Shown here one piece after another: positions 9,689 to 19,313 of a DNA stretch of 64,000 bases (the first letter of the stretch is position 1; each line of letters starts with the position of its first letter). The notes under the pieces are model-generated. The model searched no databases, had not been told where the DNA came from, and saw only the letters and a list, made by a program, of their open reading frames with translations. The stretch lies in contig CAWKDB010000010.1 of the NCBI GenBank assembly GCA_963848295.1, positions 4,064,001 to 4,128,000 of the forward strand, read 5' to 3'. The stretch is from an uncultured delta proteobacterium (lineage in GTDB: Bacteria > Myxococcota_A > Polyangia > Haliangiales > Haliangiaceae). A program made the translations under genes and the position numbers.

Positions 9689-11025
9689 CAGGCGATGGCC
9701 CCAGAGACGACCTTGCCGAACGCGATCGCCGACTCGATGAAACCGTCGTCGATGCCGACTGCGCCGAGCACGGTCTTGCCGAACGACGCGAGCGTATCGA
9801 CGGGGGCGACGTCGCCCGAGCCATCGGCTTGACCGGCGCCGCTCGACGAGTTGATCGACACCGCGCCGTAGTCGCCCGTCGTGAGGGGAGCGACGCCGCC
9901 GATGATCCCGCCCTTGAACGGCTTGCCCATCGCCAGCGACACCTGGTGATTCGGGTTGTGCTGGCGACCGTCGATGTTGCCCGGGCCGATCGTCCGGCCG
10001 AATACGTTGAGCGTCACGAAAGACACCTGGTCTTGCAGGCCGACCGCCGCCAACGACGACATCAACGATGCGATCGACGCGAACCCGGTCGTGGTCTGCG
10101 CCGCTTCGCCCGCGAGGGCGGTGTCGTTATGGTTGTCGCCGCCAAACGGAATGTGGATCGCGATCACCGGCGTGACGCTCATCTGGATCAGCGCGACCGC
10201 CGCGGTGATCTGCGATGCGACGGTGTTGTCGGCGATCGACGACAGCGCCGAGAGCAGATCTTGGCGAATGCCGCGGAGCTGCTGCTGCGAGAGCACGAGC
10301 GAGTCGATATAGGCCTTCTGTGCCTTCGTCGCGCCGCCCGAGAACGCATCGTTGATCTGCGCGAGCGTCTGATCGCGCAGGCTCTGCAGATTGGTCAGGT
10401 TCATCAGCGGACCGTCGGGATTCGTCAGCGTCGCCTTGAGTGCGAGCGGAGGGATCAGCGGCTGGGGCTGGCCTTGGAACGTCAGCCCTTCACTCGGCGT
10501 GCTCGCCCCGAGCGTGATCGGTTGCTGCTGCAAGGTGCCGAGGCACGGAGCGAGCTGCTTCGACAGCAGCGACGGCAACATCTCGTTCGGCGTCGTCGTG
10601 CCGAGCAAGCCGAGCACGTCCGGCTCCTTCGGATGGACCGGCGTGTTCGTCATGATGTGCCAGACCGCCATCCGATCGAGCACGTTCTGCGGCAGCGTCG
10701 CCCACGGCAGCGCCGCGGTCGTCGCCTGACCGCCGATCGTCAGCGGCGTCTCCGGCATCAGGACCGGATCGAGGCAGTGCGCGATGTTCTTGTCGGTGTA
10801 CGTGCCCGGCGCGTTCGCGTTGAGCGGATCGCCCAAGCCCGACGTTCCGAAGATGACGTACTGCGCCTTCGACTTATCGCCGCACGTCGGGACCGTGCCA
10901 TCGGCGAACGCCCGGCGGCCTCTCAGCAACACCGAGGCGGGGATGCCGGTGACGAGCGCGCGCAGGCCGATGTAGCTCGCACCGAACAGCGCCGACGACA
11001 ACATAGATCTACGGTTGATCTTCAT
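9688..11025 (-). CDS. Tat-exported DUF1501/DUF1552-like protein
   Basis: INRRSML twin-arginine signal; GGDNHND and NVFGRT..GRQHN motifs. Confidence 0.7.
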   Translation of the reverse strand: MKINRRSMLSSALFGASYIGLRALVTGIPASVLLRGRRAFADGTVPTCGDKSKAQYVIFGTSGLGDPLNANAPGTYTDKNIAHCLDPVLMPETPLTIGGQATTAALPWATLPQNVLDRMAVWHIMTNTPVHPKEPDVLGLLGTTTPNEMLPSLLSKQLAPCLGTLQQQPITLGASTPSEGLTFQGQPQPLIPPLALKATLTNPDGPLMNLTNLQSLRDQTLAQINDAFSGGATKAQKAYIDSLVLSQQQLRGIRQDLLSALSSIADNTVASQITAAVALIQMSVTPVIAIHIPFGGDNHNDTALAGEAAQTTTGFASIASLMSSLAAVGLQDQVSFVTLNVFGRTIGPGNIDGRQHNPNHQVSLAMGKPFKGGIIGGVAPLTTGDYGAVSINSSSGAGQADGSGDVAPVDTLASFGKTVLGAVGIDDGFIESAIAFGKVVSGAIA

Positions 11026-11034
11026 GGCGGCTCC

Positions 11035-13059
11035 TTACATCCCGATCCCGATAAAGGACGGCGACAGACACGCGGCGACGAACGTCGAACGCAGCGCATC
11101 GGTGGCGCTGTAGCCCTGCTGCGTCGCGGTGGTGAAGTGATCTGTGAGCGCCGTGTTGACGAGCGCGGCGCGCGGGTCCGACGAGGTCAGACCATCGACG
11201 ATCGAGACGAAGTCGTTGATCGCGGCCGCTGGTTGGCTGCTCGACCACTGCTTGGCGCCCGGTTGACCAGGCGTCGGTACGCCATCGACGACCATCTGCG
11301 CGATCTGCACGCAGATGTTCTCGGCACCGCCGCGGTAGAACAGCGTCGGTTGGTTCGGCAGCACCGGGATCGTGGCGCCTCGGCCGTAGCCGTCCGACGG
11401 CATGCCGCTCACGATCTGGGCGATCGTCGAGAGCCCAGCGGTCTGATCATCCTCGTCGAGCTGACAGATGTCGACGAACCCTAGCCGGTTGTCGAGCGCG
11501 GCGCACAGATGATCGCGGCGGGTCACGGCGATGACTTCGCCGTTCGTCGCGTTGGTCTTGGTCGCCGACGCGTTCGTCGTGATCGGTGACGCCAGCAGCT
11601 CGGCGATCAGCGGACTCCATTCGAAGCCGTTGGCGAAGTCGGCGACGATCTGCTGGAACACCGGATCGGTCGGATCGCACGGCGCCGAGTTGACGTAGTA
11701 GCAAAGCTTCTCCGCCCACGCCGAAGCGACCAGCGGGTGCGACGCGAGGATGTTCGCGAAGTCATCGATCGTCGACATCGGTGCGATCACACCCTGGAAC
11801 GCGAACAGGCCGGGCTGCGCCTCGAGCGTCGGATCGGTCTGGGGCACGTAGAACCACGAGTACGTGCTCGACAGGATCGAGCGCGTCGGGTCGAGCAGTT
11901 GATGGCAGCTGAAGCAGGCCGAGCCGGGCGCGGCGTGCTGCATGTCGAGGCCGGGCGTCGAGCTCGGCGTCGTGCCGTCGGTGCCGTCGATCGCCATGCC
12001 GGTCGCCACGATCAGGGTCTGGTTCGTGGTGACGCGCATCTGGTTGCTCGAGTTCGTCGGCCAGTTCGCTTGGAACGCCGGCGTGCCGAAGAAGCCGGGA
12101 TGCGGCGTGCCGAGCACGAGCTCGCTCGTCGTGCGCAGCGTCGGGAGATCGTAGAAGCTCGTCGTCGACTCGCCGGCGTTCGGCGGTCGCACCGTGATCA
12201 GCTGCCATGTCGTGTAGTCGGACGGCGAGAGCTGCCAGCCGGTGCCGTCACCGTTCTTGATCCCGCAGTTGTTCGTCGTGCTCCCCGGACCCTCATGCGC
12301 CGGGATCACGCCGTACATGATGTCCCACAGGTTGTTCGAGTTCGCGTTGACCGAGACCGGGTCTTGGCCGTTGCACGTCGTGTCCGGGTACTTCAGCTTC
12401 GGTAGCTCGGGGTTGTAGAAGTGCATGTAGTGGACGGGGTCGTTCGGATCGAGGCTCTCCGCGATCGGGATCGGACCGGCCGATGCCTCGAGCGTGATCA
12501 TCAGCTTCGGGTTCTGCTTCGCGAACGAGTCGGTGACCTTCGCGTTGTCATCGGCGCGATGCGTATCGAGGTACGCGTAGAGCTGCATCAGCGCCGGCGT
12601 CATCATCACTTGCTTGGTCGTGAACGCGTTCGTCAGCGGCTGACCGCCGTTCGTGATCCCGAGCACCGTGCGCGCGAAGCTCTCGCGGACGTTCTGGACG
12701 AGCAGCGGGAGCTGCGTGCCTTTGCCGATGCCGTTTGGCGGTGAGATATCGACGAAGTCGCCGACGCCGATCTGCGTCTGTTGAAACGCGAGCTCGAAGA
12801 ACACCATCATCTTCTGCTGGTATTCGGGGAGCGCCATCCAGCCTTGGATCAAGCCGGTGAGCGCGGTCGGGTCCGCCGTCACCGCCGCGACCTCCGCGTC
12901 GGTCGGCGCGAGCCCGACGAGGATGTTCTTGACCTTCGCGACGTACACCGACGGCGGGTCCGGCACGAACGGCGGAGTCGTGTCGTAGGTCGGTCCTGCG
13001 CAACCGGCGAGCGACGCGCAAACAGCGAGGGTCAAGGTAGGGCCTCTCATCCGCTGCAT
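11035..13059 (-). CDS. Lipoprotein with CxxCH, DUF1588/DUF1585-like (start 13059 or 13050)
   Basis: Signal MRGPTLTLAVCASLAGC; CFSCHQLLDP; LVGLAPTDAEV and WAEKLCYY segments. The sigma54 site at 13132-13147 argues against the longer ORF start at 13140. Confidence 0.75.
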   Translation of the reverse strand: MQRMRGPTLTLAVCASLAGCAGPTYDTTPPFVPDPPSVYVAKVKNILVGLAPTDAEVAAVTADPTALTGLIQGWMALPEYQQKMMVFFELAFQQTQIGVGDFVDISPPNGIGKGTQLPLLVQNVRESFARTVLGITNGGQPLTNAFTTKQVMMTPALMQLYAYLDTHRADDNAKVTDSFAKQNPKLMITLEASAGPIPIAESLDPNDPVHYMHFYNPELPKLKYPDTTCNGQDPVSVNANSNNLWDIMYGVIPAHEGPGSTTNNCGIKNGDGTGWQLSPSDYTTWQLITVRPPNAGESTTSFYDLPTLRTTSELVLGTPHPGFFGTPAFQANWPTNSSNQMRVTTNQTLIVATGMAIDGTDGTTPSSTPGLDMQHAAPGSACFSCHQLLDPTRSILSSTYSWFYVPQTDPTLEAQPGLFAFQGVIAPMSTIDDFANILASHPLVASAWAEKLCYYVNSAPCDPTDPVFQQIVADFANGFEWSPLIAELLASPITTNASATKTNATNGEVIAVTRRDHLCAALDNRLGFVDICQLDEDDQTAGLSTIAQIVSGMPSDGYGRGATIPVLPNQPTLFYRGGAENICVQIAQMVVDGVPTPGQPGAKQWSSSQPAAAINDFVSIVDGLTSSDPRAALVNTALTDHFTTATQQGYSATDALRSTFVAACLSPSFIGIGM

Positions 13060-13131
13060 GACCGACGTGCGCGCTTGTCGGTTAAAAGAATCTTTAGGGG
13101 TCGATCGCGTAGCTCGCATGATCGGTGCAGT

Positions 13132-13147
13132 CGCAAGCATCGTGCCT
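13132..13147 (-). promoter_or_regulatory. Sigma54-type -24/-12 promoter for the 13059-9179 operon
   Basis: Minus strand reads AGGCACGATGCTTGCG, matching GGCACG-N4-TTGC. Confidence 0.65.
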
Positions 13148-13341
13148 GCGAGATCGACCGCGCTTACCCCGTCGCAGGTACCTCGTGTTCCCGGTCGTCG
13201 CGCCGGCGGCCCGATCGAGCGACGAGCGCCGAGAACTCGCGCGTCACGACGTCGATGTCCGCCGGTGCGTCATCTCACACCGACGTTCGCGTTTAACCCT
13301 TCGACGCTCTCGCGGTTCAGCGTCACCGGCTGCGGAGACCT

Positions 13342-13746
13342 ATGAAGCCCTTCCTTTGTTGCCTGCTAGCGGCGACCGCCGCGTGCGACGTCACCGACGA
13401 TCGGCCCGAGACGCTCGCGTACATCACCGAGACGATCCTGGCTCCGAGCTGCGGCACCGCCGAGTGCCACTCGTCGATGGTCAAACAGAAGGGCTATGCG
13501 TTCGACAGCGTCGAGAATGCCCAGGACGCGATCGCGAGCCTGCCGCTCATCGATGTGTGCGCCACGCCACCGTGCGCCGGCGCAGACGCCAATTCCTACT
13601 TGCTGACCGTGATCACGACGAAGGATGTCGAGGGCGATCGCATGCCGCTCGACGAGCCGCTCGCGAACAAGGACATCGTCCTGATCGCGAATTGGATCAC
13701 GGATGGCGCCGAGGGCTACACGCCGCCTTCGCCGGGACAGAACTAA
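13342..13746 (+). CDS. Small lipoprotein with CX4CH motif (putative cytochrome c)
   Basis: LAATAAC lipobox; CGTAECH; RMP..IANWITDGA. Confidence 0.75.
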   Translation: MKPFLCCLLAATAACDVTDDRPETLAYITETILAPSCGTAECHSSMVKQKGYAFDSVENAQDAIASLPLIDVCATPPCAGADANSYLLTVITTKDVEGDRMPLDEPLANKDIVLIANWITDGAEGYTPPSPGQN

Positions 13747-14864
13747 TGAGCCGTTTCACGCCGGCACTGGCTCTTGTAGGCGCGCTCGTCGCCGCTCAGG
13801 CGGGGACGGCGCGCGCGTATCCGCAGTTCCAGCTCAGCAAGGACCAGACCTGCACGTCGTGCCACGTCAACCCGGCCGGCGGCGAGCTGCTCGACGAGAA
13901 CGGCTTCGCGACCGCCGACACGATGTCGCAATGGGGAACCGCACCCGAGTTCTTCTACAACAAGATCCCGACGCCGAGCTGGCTCGAGCTCGGTGGTGAC
14001 CTGCGCGGCGCCGGCGGTTTCGATTCGGGCCCACCGCGCACCGCCGTCGTGTTTCCGATGCAGGCCGAGATCTACGCGAACGCGACGTACGAGTCGCTGT
14101 CACTGCATGTCACGGCCGGCCTCCGCGATCCGCAGTACGACAACACCACCGCGACGTTGTTCGCGTCGCGCGAGCACTGGCTGGAGTGGCGACAGCATCC
14201 GGGTCGCGACGACGGGCTCTACGTTCGCGTCGGCCGGTTCATGCCGGTGTTCGGCCTGCGCTTCGCCGAGCACCCGGACTACGACCGGCGATACGGCGGC
14301 ACGCCGCTCTACGGTGAAGCGTACGGCGCCGCGGTCGAGTACGTCGATCCGAGCTGGGAAGTCCACGCGACCGGGTTCATCCACGATCCGCTGTTTCCCG
14401 ATTCGGTCGAACGCGGCAATGGCGCGACGCTGTACGCCGAGGCGCGGCTGACCCAGACGACGTCGCTCGGCATCGAGGGCAAGCTCGACGTCACGTCCGA
14501 CGATCGCAAGGAATACGGCGGCGTGACCGCGAAGCACTACTTCGCATCGCCGAAGATCCTGCTCGAAGGCGAGGTCGAGGTCGTGCATCAGAAGATCGAC
14601 ATCGGCGGCACCGATAACCAGCTCGTCGGTTACTTGCTCGGCTCGTACTTCATCGGCTCGTTCATGGTCGATCTCGGCCTCGGCGCGTACGAGCCCGACG
14701 TCAAGGTCCGCTACCTCGACATGGAGGCCGCGGATCTCAACGTCCACTGGTTCATGACGTCCCACGTCGAGCTGATCCTGACGAATCGCTTGCAGATGCT
14801 CGAGCTCGGCGAGGGCGGCAACAGCTCGGGCTACTCGCTGCTGCAGTTCCACTATCGGCTGTGA
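13746..14864 (+). CDS. Outer-membrane beta-barrel with N-terminal CxxCH heme motif
   Basis: ATG 13746 overlaps the upstream TAA; signal peptide ..ARA-YPQF; CTSCHVNPAGG; alternating strands ending LLQFHYRL. Confidence 0.8.
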   Translation: MSRFTPALALVGALVAAQAGTARAYPQFQLSKDQTCTSCHVNPAGGELLDENGFATADTMSQWGTAPEFFYNKIPTPSWLELGGDLRGAGGFDSGPPRTAVVFPMQAEIYANATYESLSLHVTAGLRDPQYDNTTATLFASREHWLEWRQHPGRDDGLYVRVGRFMPVFGLRFAEHPDYDRRYGGTPLYGEAYGAAVEYVDPSWEVHATGFIHDPLFPDSVERGNGATLYAEARLTQTTSLGIEGKLDVTSDDRKEYGGVTAKHYFASPKILLEGEVEVVHQKIDIGGTDNQLVGYLLGSYFIGSFMVDLGLGAYEPDVKVRYLDMEAADLNVHWFMTSHVELILTNRLQMLELGEGGNSSGYSLLQFHYRL

Positions 14865-14894
14865 CCTAGGAACCGGCCGCACCGCGACCTACGG

Positions 14895-15305
14895 CTAGCC
14901 ATCCCACGGTAAGGTCCGTGCGCGCAACGCCGCGACGCCGGCGGGGACGAGGTCGCGTTGCGCGAAGCACGTCGTGATCTCGCCCGCTACTCCGATGCAG
15001 ACCAACCCGTTCGTATCGTCGACGACGACCGACGACATCACGTCGGTGAGCGTGAACGTCGCGCGTTCGGTGGGTCCAAGCCAGTTCGGAATGCTAGCCG
15101 CCAAGAAGCATGGGCCGGTCACCGACGCGCTGCACGTGCTCTTGCCGCATGCGCGCTCGGTCTCGTACGACGCACAGCCGATGCCGATGTTGTCATCGAT
15201 CGCGAACGTGGAGTAACGCTCCGCGAGGTTGTCGGCGCTGACTGCAGGCGAACCCGAGCTGCACGCGGTCATGCTCGTCGCGATCAAGAGGACAGTCCAG
15301 CGCAT
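14895..15305 (-). CDS. Hypothetical Cys-containing lipoprotein
   Basis: MRWTVLLIATSMTAC lipobox. Confidence 0.6.
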   Translation of the reverse strand: MRWTVLLIATSMTACSSGSPAVSADNLAERYSTFAIDDNIGIGCASYETERACGKSTCSASVTGPCFLAASIPNWLGPTERATFTLTDVMSSVVVDDTNGLVCIGVAGEITTCFAQRDLVPAGVAALRARTLPWDG

Positions 15306-15384
15306 GGCTCATCATCCGCGTCCTGCGCGGTGGTGGCCGTGAAGCTCTTGTTAAACAGGTAGGGTCCCGAGGTATCGTCGCGCC

Positions 15385-17382
15385 GTGCTGCGTGCCGTCG
15401 CTGTAATCGCTCTGGCGGGCTCGTGTGGTTCGCAGAGCGAACCGCTCGCGACGAAAACCGCCGCTGCAAAGTCGCCTGCCGCACGGGCCGGCGGCCCGAT
15501 CGTCGGCGAGTGTCCGGCGAGCCGCGGCGTCGCGTGTTGGACGAGCGTCGATGGGTTTCGCTCGCTACAGCCGCTACCGATCGGCAATCCGCTGCGCGCG
15601 GTCCACGTCATGCCCGATGGCGACGCCTGGATCGTCGGCGACGACGCCACGTTGTTGCGAATCGCGCACGGCGACAACCAGGTCACGCGGATCACCGTGC
15701 CGGACGTGCCGACGGTGGCCGCGACACTCGACGCGGTCGAGAGCGGCACGTCGAAGGACTTCCCGGGAAGCGAGCTGATGAAGCTCGACTTCAAGGCGAT
15801 CGTGGCCACCGGCCCGAACGACGTGTGGATCGCGGAGGGCGACCGCAGGGTCGTGCACTGGGACGGAGCGGCGTGGCGCCACTTCGCGCTCGACGGCTTT
15901 GGTGCGGGCGGCGACAAGCTGATGCTCGCGGCGAACGGTACGTTGTGGTCGATCGGGCACATCGTGATCTTCGGCGATACCCAACAGCCGACGCTCGTCG
16001 ATCCGCAGCAGGACACGCCGACGCGAGGGCCTACGATCCCGAACACCGACTCGATCGCCGCGATCGCGCGCAATGGCGACGAGGTGTGGGTCGCGAGCGA
16101 TAACGGCTCGGTGCTTCGCAGCCGCGCGGGTGCCGCGTTCCAGCCCGTGGCGATCGCGCACGACCCGGGGTCGCTACGCTCGATGTGGCTCGATCCGAAC
16201 GGCGGCGCCGGATTCCTGATCATCGGGGGCGAGCTGTTCGAGGGTGCGGGTGACCGCTGGAAGCCAGTCGCGAAGCTGGCGAATGATGCGAACGTCGTGT
16301 CCGCGGCGCCGGGAGGTGACCCTGCGTGGATCGTCGGCGAGCACGCCTGGCGCTACACGCACGGCGCGCTGAGTGAAGTCCCGATCGACGGGCTCACACC
16401 GGGCGATCACACCGTGCTCTCATTCGGTGCCGATCGGTTCGAGGCGGTCGACGTGGGCGCGGCGGATGACGTGTGGATCGTCGGTCGAGCCGGGATGATC
16501 CTCCACTACGACGGCAAGTCGTTGGTCGAGCTGGCACCGCGGGCGAGTGAGGAGAGCGCGATCGGCGTGGTGTGGACCGGCGACGACACTTGGCTCGCCG
16601 GGTTCGCAGACGGGATGCTCGTCTCCGGCAACCTGCGTGGCGGCATCGTCGGCCACGAGCGCGGTCCGCTTCGCGATCCCAAGGCGATGGCGCGGACGGT
16701 CTCGGGCGACGTGATCCTCGCGGGCTGCCACACCGAGATGTTCGCGCGCGGCGGCGATGGCGAGTGGAAGAAGCTGCCCGAGCTCGATGCGTGCGTCGCG
16801 GCGGTCGGCGGCGCCGATCGCGAACATCTGTGGGCGGTCGGTTCGGCGGATCTCGTCGACGGCAAGGCGTGGCGACTCGAGCATGGCCATTGGCACGCGG
16901 TGCCGACCGGGATGGGCGAGAACGACAGCCTGCGCGACGTCGCGGTCGCGAGCAACGGCGACGTCTGGGTGGTCGGCGATGGCGCGGTATTCGTCGCGCG
17001 CAAGGGAGGCGCGCTCGTTCGGATCCAGAGTCACAAGACCGACGACTATCGCGGCTTGTCGATCCGCTCCCCGGACGACGTGTGGATCGCGACGAACGCG
17101 AACGACCTCGGCTCGGCTGGAACGCTGCTCCACTGGGATGGCAAGACGTTCGAACGCTTCGATCACGTCACCGCGAACTACCTCGATGCCGTCGTCGCGT
17201 TGCCCGGTGGTGCGGTCTACGCGGTCGGGCTCGGCGGCGTCGCGGCATACAGCGCCGACGGCAAGACGTTCCGCGCGATGCAGACCGACAGCACGGCGTC
17301 GCTCACCCACCTGATCGCGAACGCCGCCGGCACGGCCATCGTCGTCGGCGATTACGGCACGATCATGCAGCGAGGACCGTGA
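15385..17382 (+). CDS. Lipoprotein with beta-propeller repeats (D-V-W-x-V-G..L-H-W/Y-D-G type)
   Basis: ALAGSC lipobox; repeated DVWIVG / HWDG motifs. Confidence 0.8.
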   Translation: MLRAVAVIALAGSCGSQSEPLATKTAAAKSPAARAGGPIVGECPASRGVACWTSVDGFRSLQPLPIGNPLRAVHVMPDGDAWIVGDDATLLRIAHGDNQVTRITVPDVPTVAATLDAVESGTSKDFPGSELMKLDFKAIVATGPNDVWIAEGDRRVVHWDGAAWRHFALDGFGAGGDKLMLAANGTLWSIGHIVIFGDTQQPTLVDPQQDTPTRGPTIPNTDSIAAIARNGDEVWVASDNGSVLRSRAGAAFQPVAIAHDPGSLRSMWLDPNGGAGFLIIGGELFEGAGDRWKPVAKLANDANVVSAAPGGDPAWIVGEHAWRYTHGALSEVPIDGLTPGDHTVLSFGADRFEAVDVGAADDVWIVGRAGMILHYDGKSLVELAPRASEESAIGVVWTGDDTWLAGFADGMLVSGNLRGGIVGHERGPLRDPKAMARTVSGDVILAGCHTEMFARGGDGEWKKLPELDACVAAVGGADREHLWAVGSADLVDGKAWRLEHGHWHAVPTGMGENDSLRDVAVASNGDVWVVGDGAVFVARKGGALVRIQSHKTDDYRGLSIRSPDDVWIATNANDLGSAGTLLHWDGKTFERFDHVTANYLDAVVALPGGAVYAVGLGGVAAYSADGKTFRAMQTDSTASLTHLIANAAGTAIVVGDYGTIMQRGP

Positions 17383-17383
17383 C

Positions 17384-18601
17384 GTGGCGCGCACGATGTG
17401 CAACCGGTGCCGGCGGCCGGAGACCGTGTGTTACTGCGCGGCGCTGCCTCGGCTCGAGACGACGACGCGGATCGTGATCCTGCAACATCCGCGCGAGCGC
17501 GACATGCCGATCGGCACGGCGCGGATGACGATGTTGAGCGTCGCGAACGCGTCGCTGCGCGTCGGCATGACGTGGACGCGCGACGAGCTTGGCGACGTGC
17601 TCGATGATCCGGCGCGACCTGCGATCTTGCTCGCGCCCGGCCCCGACGCGCGCGACATCCTCCGCGATCCGCCGGCCGGGCCGGTCACGCTGATCGTCGT
17701 CGACGGCACGTGGGCACAGGCGCGCAGCCTGCTCAATCGCAACCCGTTGCTCCAGACGTTGCCGCGCTACGCGTTCACGGCGCCCGAACCGTCGCGGTAT
17801 CGGATCCGGCGCGAGCCGAAGCCGGAGTACGTCTCGACGATCGAAGCGGTGATGCACGTGCTCGGCGCGCTAGAAGGCGATCCCGAGATCGCGCGTGCGT
17901 TGCTCGATCCGCTCGATGCGATGGTCGATGCGCAGCTGCATTGCCAGGCGATCGCGCCGCGACGGTCGTCGTATCGCCGGCCGCGCGGACCGAAACCGCC
18001 GGCGCCGTCGCGCGTGCCGCGCGCGATCGCGAGCCGGTTCGGCGATGTGGTGTGCGTCGTCGGCGAGGCGAACGCGTGGGCGTACACGCGCGGCAAGCCC
18101 CGGCTCGACGGAACCGCACCGCCATTCGGCGGTGCTGCCGGCCGGGTGCGGGCCCCGGCCGTCGGCGAGCTCGTCCATTGGGTCGCGCACCGCCCGAGCA
18201 CGGGCGAGACGTTCGAGCGCGTGATGGCTCCCGCCGGCGAGCTGTCGCCGAATACGCCGTTTCATATCGAGCTCGACGAGGCGCGACTGCGCGCCGGAAG
18301 TGCACGCGCGGACATGGTCAGCGAGTTCTCGCGGTTCTTGCGCCCGCGTGACGTCGTGTGCGCGTGGGGCCACTACCCGCATGCGTTGTTCATCGCGAAC
18401 GGTGGCGCGCCGTTCGCCGAGCCGCTCGATCTCCGCGCGGCGGCGCAACGCATCGCGAACCGCAAGATCGGCACGCTCGAGGCGTTCGCCGCGACGCTGG
18501 CGGCAACGCCGCCCGCGCCGATCGCGCTCGGTCGCGCCGGCCGCCGGCTCGCGATGCTCGTCGAGATCGTGCGCGATTGGCATCGCGCCGCGTCTACGTG
18601 A
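17384..18601 (+). CDS. DTW-domain protein (tRNA acp3U aminocarboxypropyltransferase family) fused to a degenerate DEDD-exonuclease-like domain
   Basis: CNRCRRPETVCYC zinc motif, ILQHPRE, LIVVDGTW, YRIRREP..STIEA; extra ~190-aa C-terminal domain. Confidence 0.85.
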   Translation: MARTMCNRCRRPETVCYCAALPRLETTTRIVILQHPRERDMPIGTARMTMLSVANASLRVGMTWTRDELGDVLDDPARPAILLAPGPDARDILRDPPAGPVTLIVVDGTWAQARSLLNRNPLLQTLPRYAFTAPEPSRYRIRREPKPEYVSTIEAVMHVLGALEGDPEIARALLDPLDAMVDAQLHCQAIAPRRSSYRRPRGPKPPAPSRVPRAIASRFGDVVCVVGEANAWAYTRGKPRLDGTAPPFGGAAGRVRAPAVGELVHWVAHRPSTGETFERVMAPAGELSPNTPFHIELDEARLRAGSARADMVSEFSRFLRPRDVVCAWGHYPHALFIANGGAPFAEPLDLRAAAQRIANRKIGTLEAFAATLAATPPAPIALGRAGRRLAMLVEIVRDWHRAAST

Positions 18602-19214
18602 GCTTGCGCGCCTTCGCTGCGCGTCGCCGCGAGATCTCGACGCCGACTGCTGCAAGCCCTCGCGCGTTCGCGACCGCGAGCACGCTGCCGACGCCGCAGA
18701 ATGGATCGACGATCGTCGTGGCGCCGATCGACGCCGCGAACCCGACCGCGGCCTCGCACGCCGCCGCGCCCATCGCGCGCGACCAACTCATCGCGCCGAG
18801 CGAGGGCAAGACGTCGGGTGTCGAGGCACCCGGTGCGAGCCGCCGCGCGCGACTGACGCACAGGCAGTGCGCGTAGGCCGGACGGCCGAACGTCGTCGTG
18901 CCCGGTGGCACGCGACACACGACCTTGTGCCACAGGAGATGAGAGCCCGCCGCTTCCGCGCCGACGAGCACGAGATGGCCCTTGTCGATCCACCGACCGT
19001 CGTGCTTGACGTCGGTCTGATAGAAGATCGCGACCGTATCGTCGGCGACGGCGCGGCACGCGAGCGCGACGGTGTCGACGAACCACGCGCGCCACCCGGC
19101 GACACCGAGCGCAGGCAGCTCGCTGTGATCCGGCAGCGACGTGATGATCGCGTGATCGGCCGGCAATCGATCCGCGAGAAACGCGATGCCGTCGCCGTGG
19201 TGGACCGTCCTCAT
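18594..19214 (-). CDS. SAM-dependent methyltransferase with beta-class N4/N6 DNA-methylase-like motif order (206 aa)
   Basis: Start ATG 19214, MRTVHHGDG..AIITSLPD; C-terminal IVDPFCGVGSVL..GVEIS. Confidence 0.8.
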   Translation of the reverse strand: MRTVHHGDGIAFLADRLPADHAIITSLPDHSELPALGVAGWRAWFVDTVALACRAVADDTVAIFYQTDVKHDGRWIDKGHLVLVGAEAAGSHLLWHKVVCRVPPGTTTFGRPAYAHCLCVSRARRLAPGASTPDVLPSLGAMSWSRAMGAAACEAAVGFAASIGATTIVDPFCGVGSVLAVANARGLAAVGVEISRRRAAKARKLT

Positions 19215-19313
19215 CGCACGCTGCGGCGAGTCTACTTCCGAGTCCAGGTAAGCCTCATACACACCTGTACGACACCATGGCGCTCGTTGTCTCGATCGCG
19301 TGCGCGTGAGATC

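Noticed and set aside
13125..13745. N-terminal extensions of ORFs 13125, 24037, 27354, 59049 and 59648
   Set aside because: Out-of-frame read-through over upstream genes or intergenic DNA; internal starts with signal peptides or stop/start overlaps fit better
18300..19313. N-terminal extension of the 1077-aa ORF, and the extension of the 719-aa minus ORF beyond 19214
   Set aside because: Each extension overlaps a real gene on the other strand or frame; the signal peptide and motifs mark the true starts
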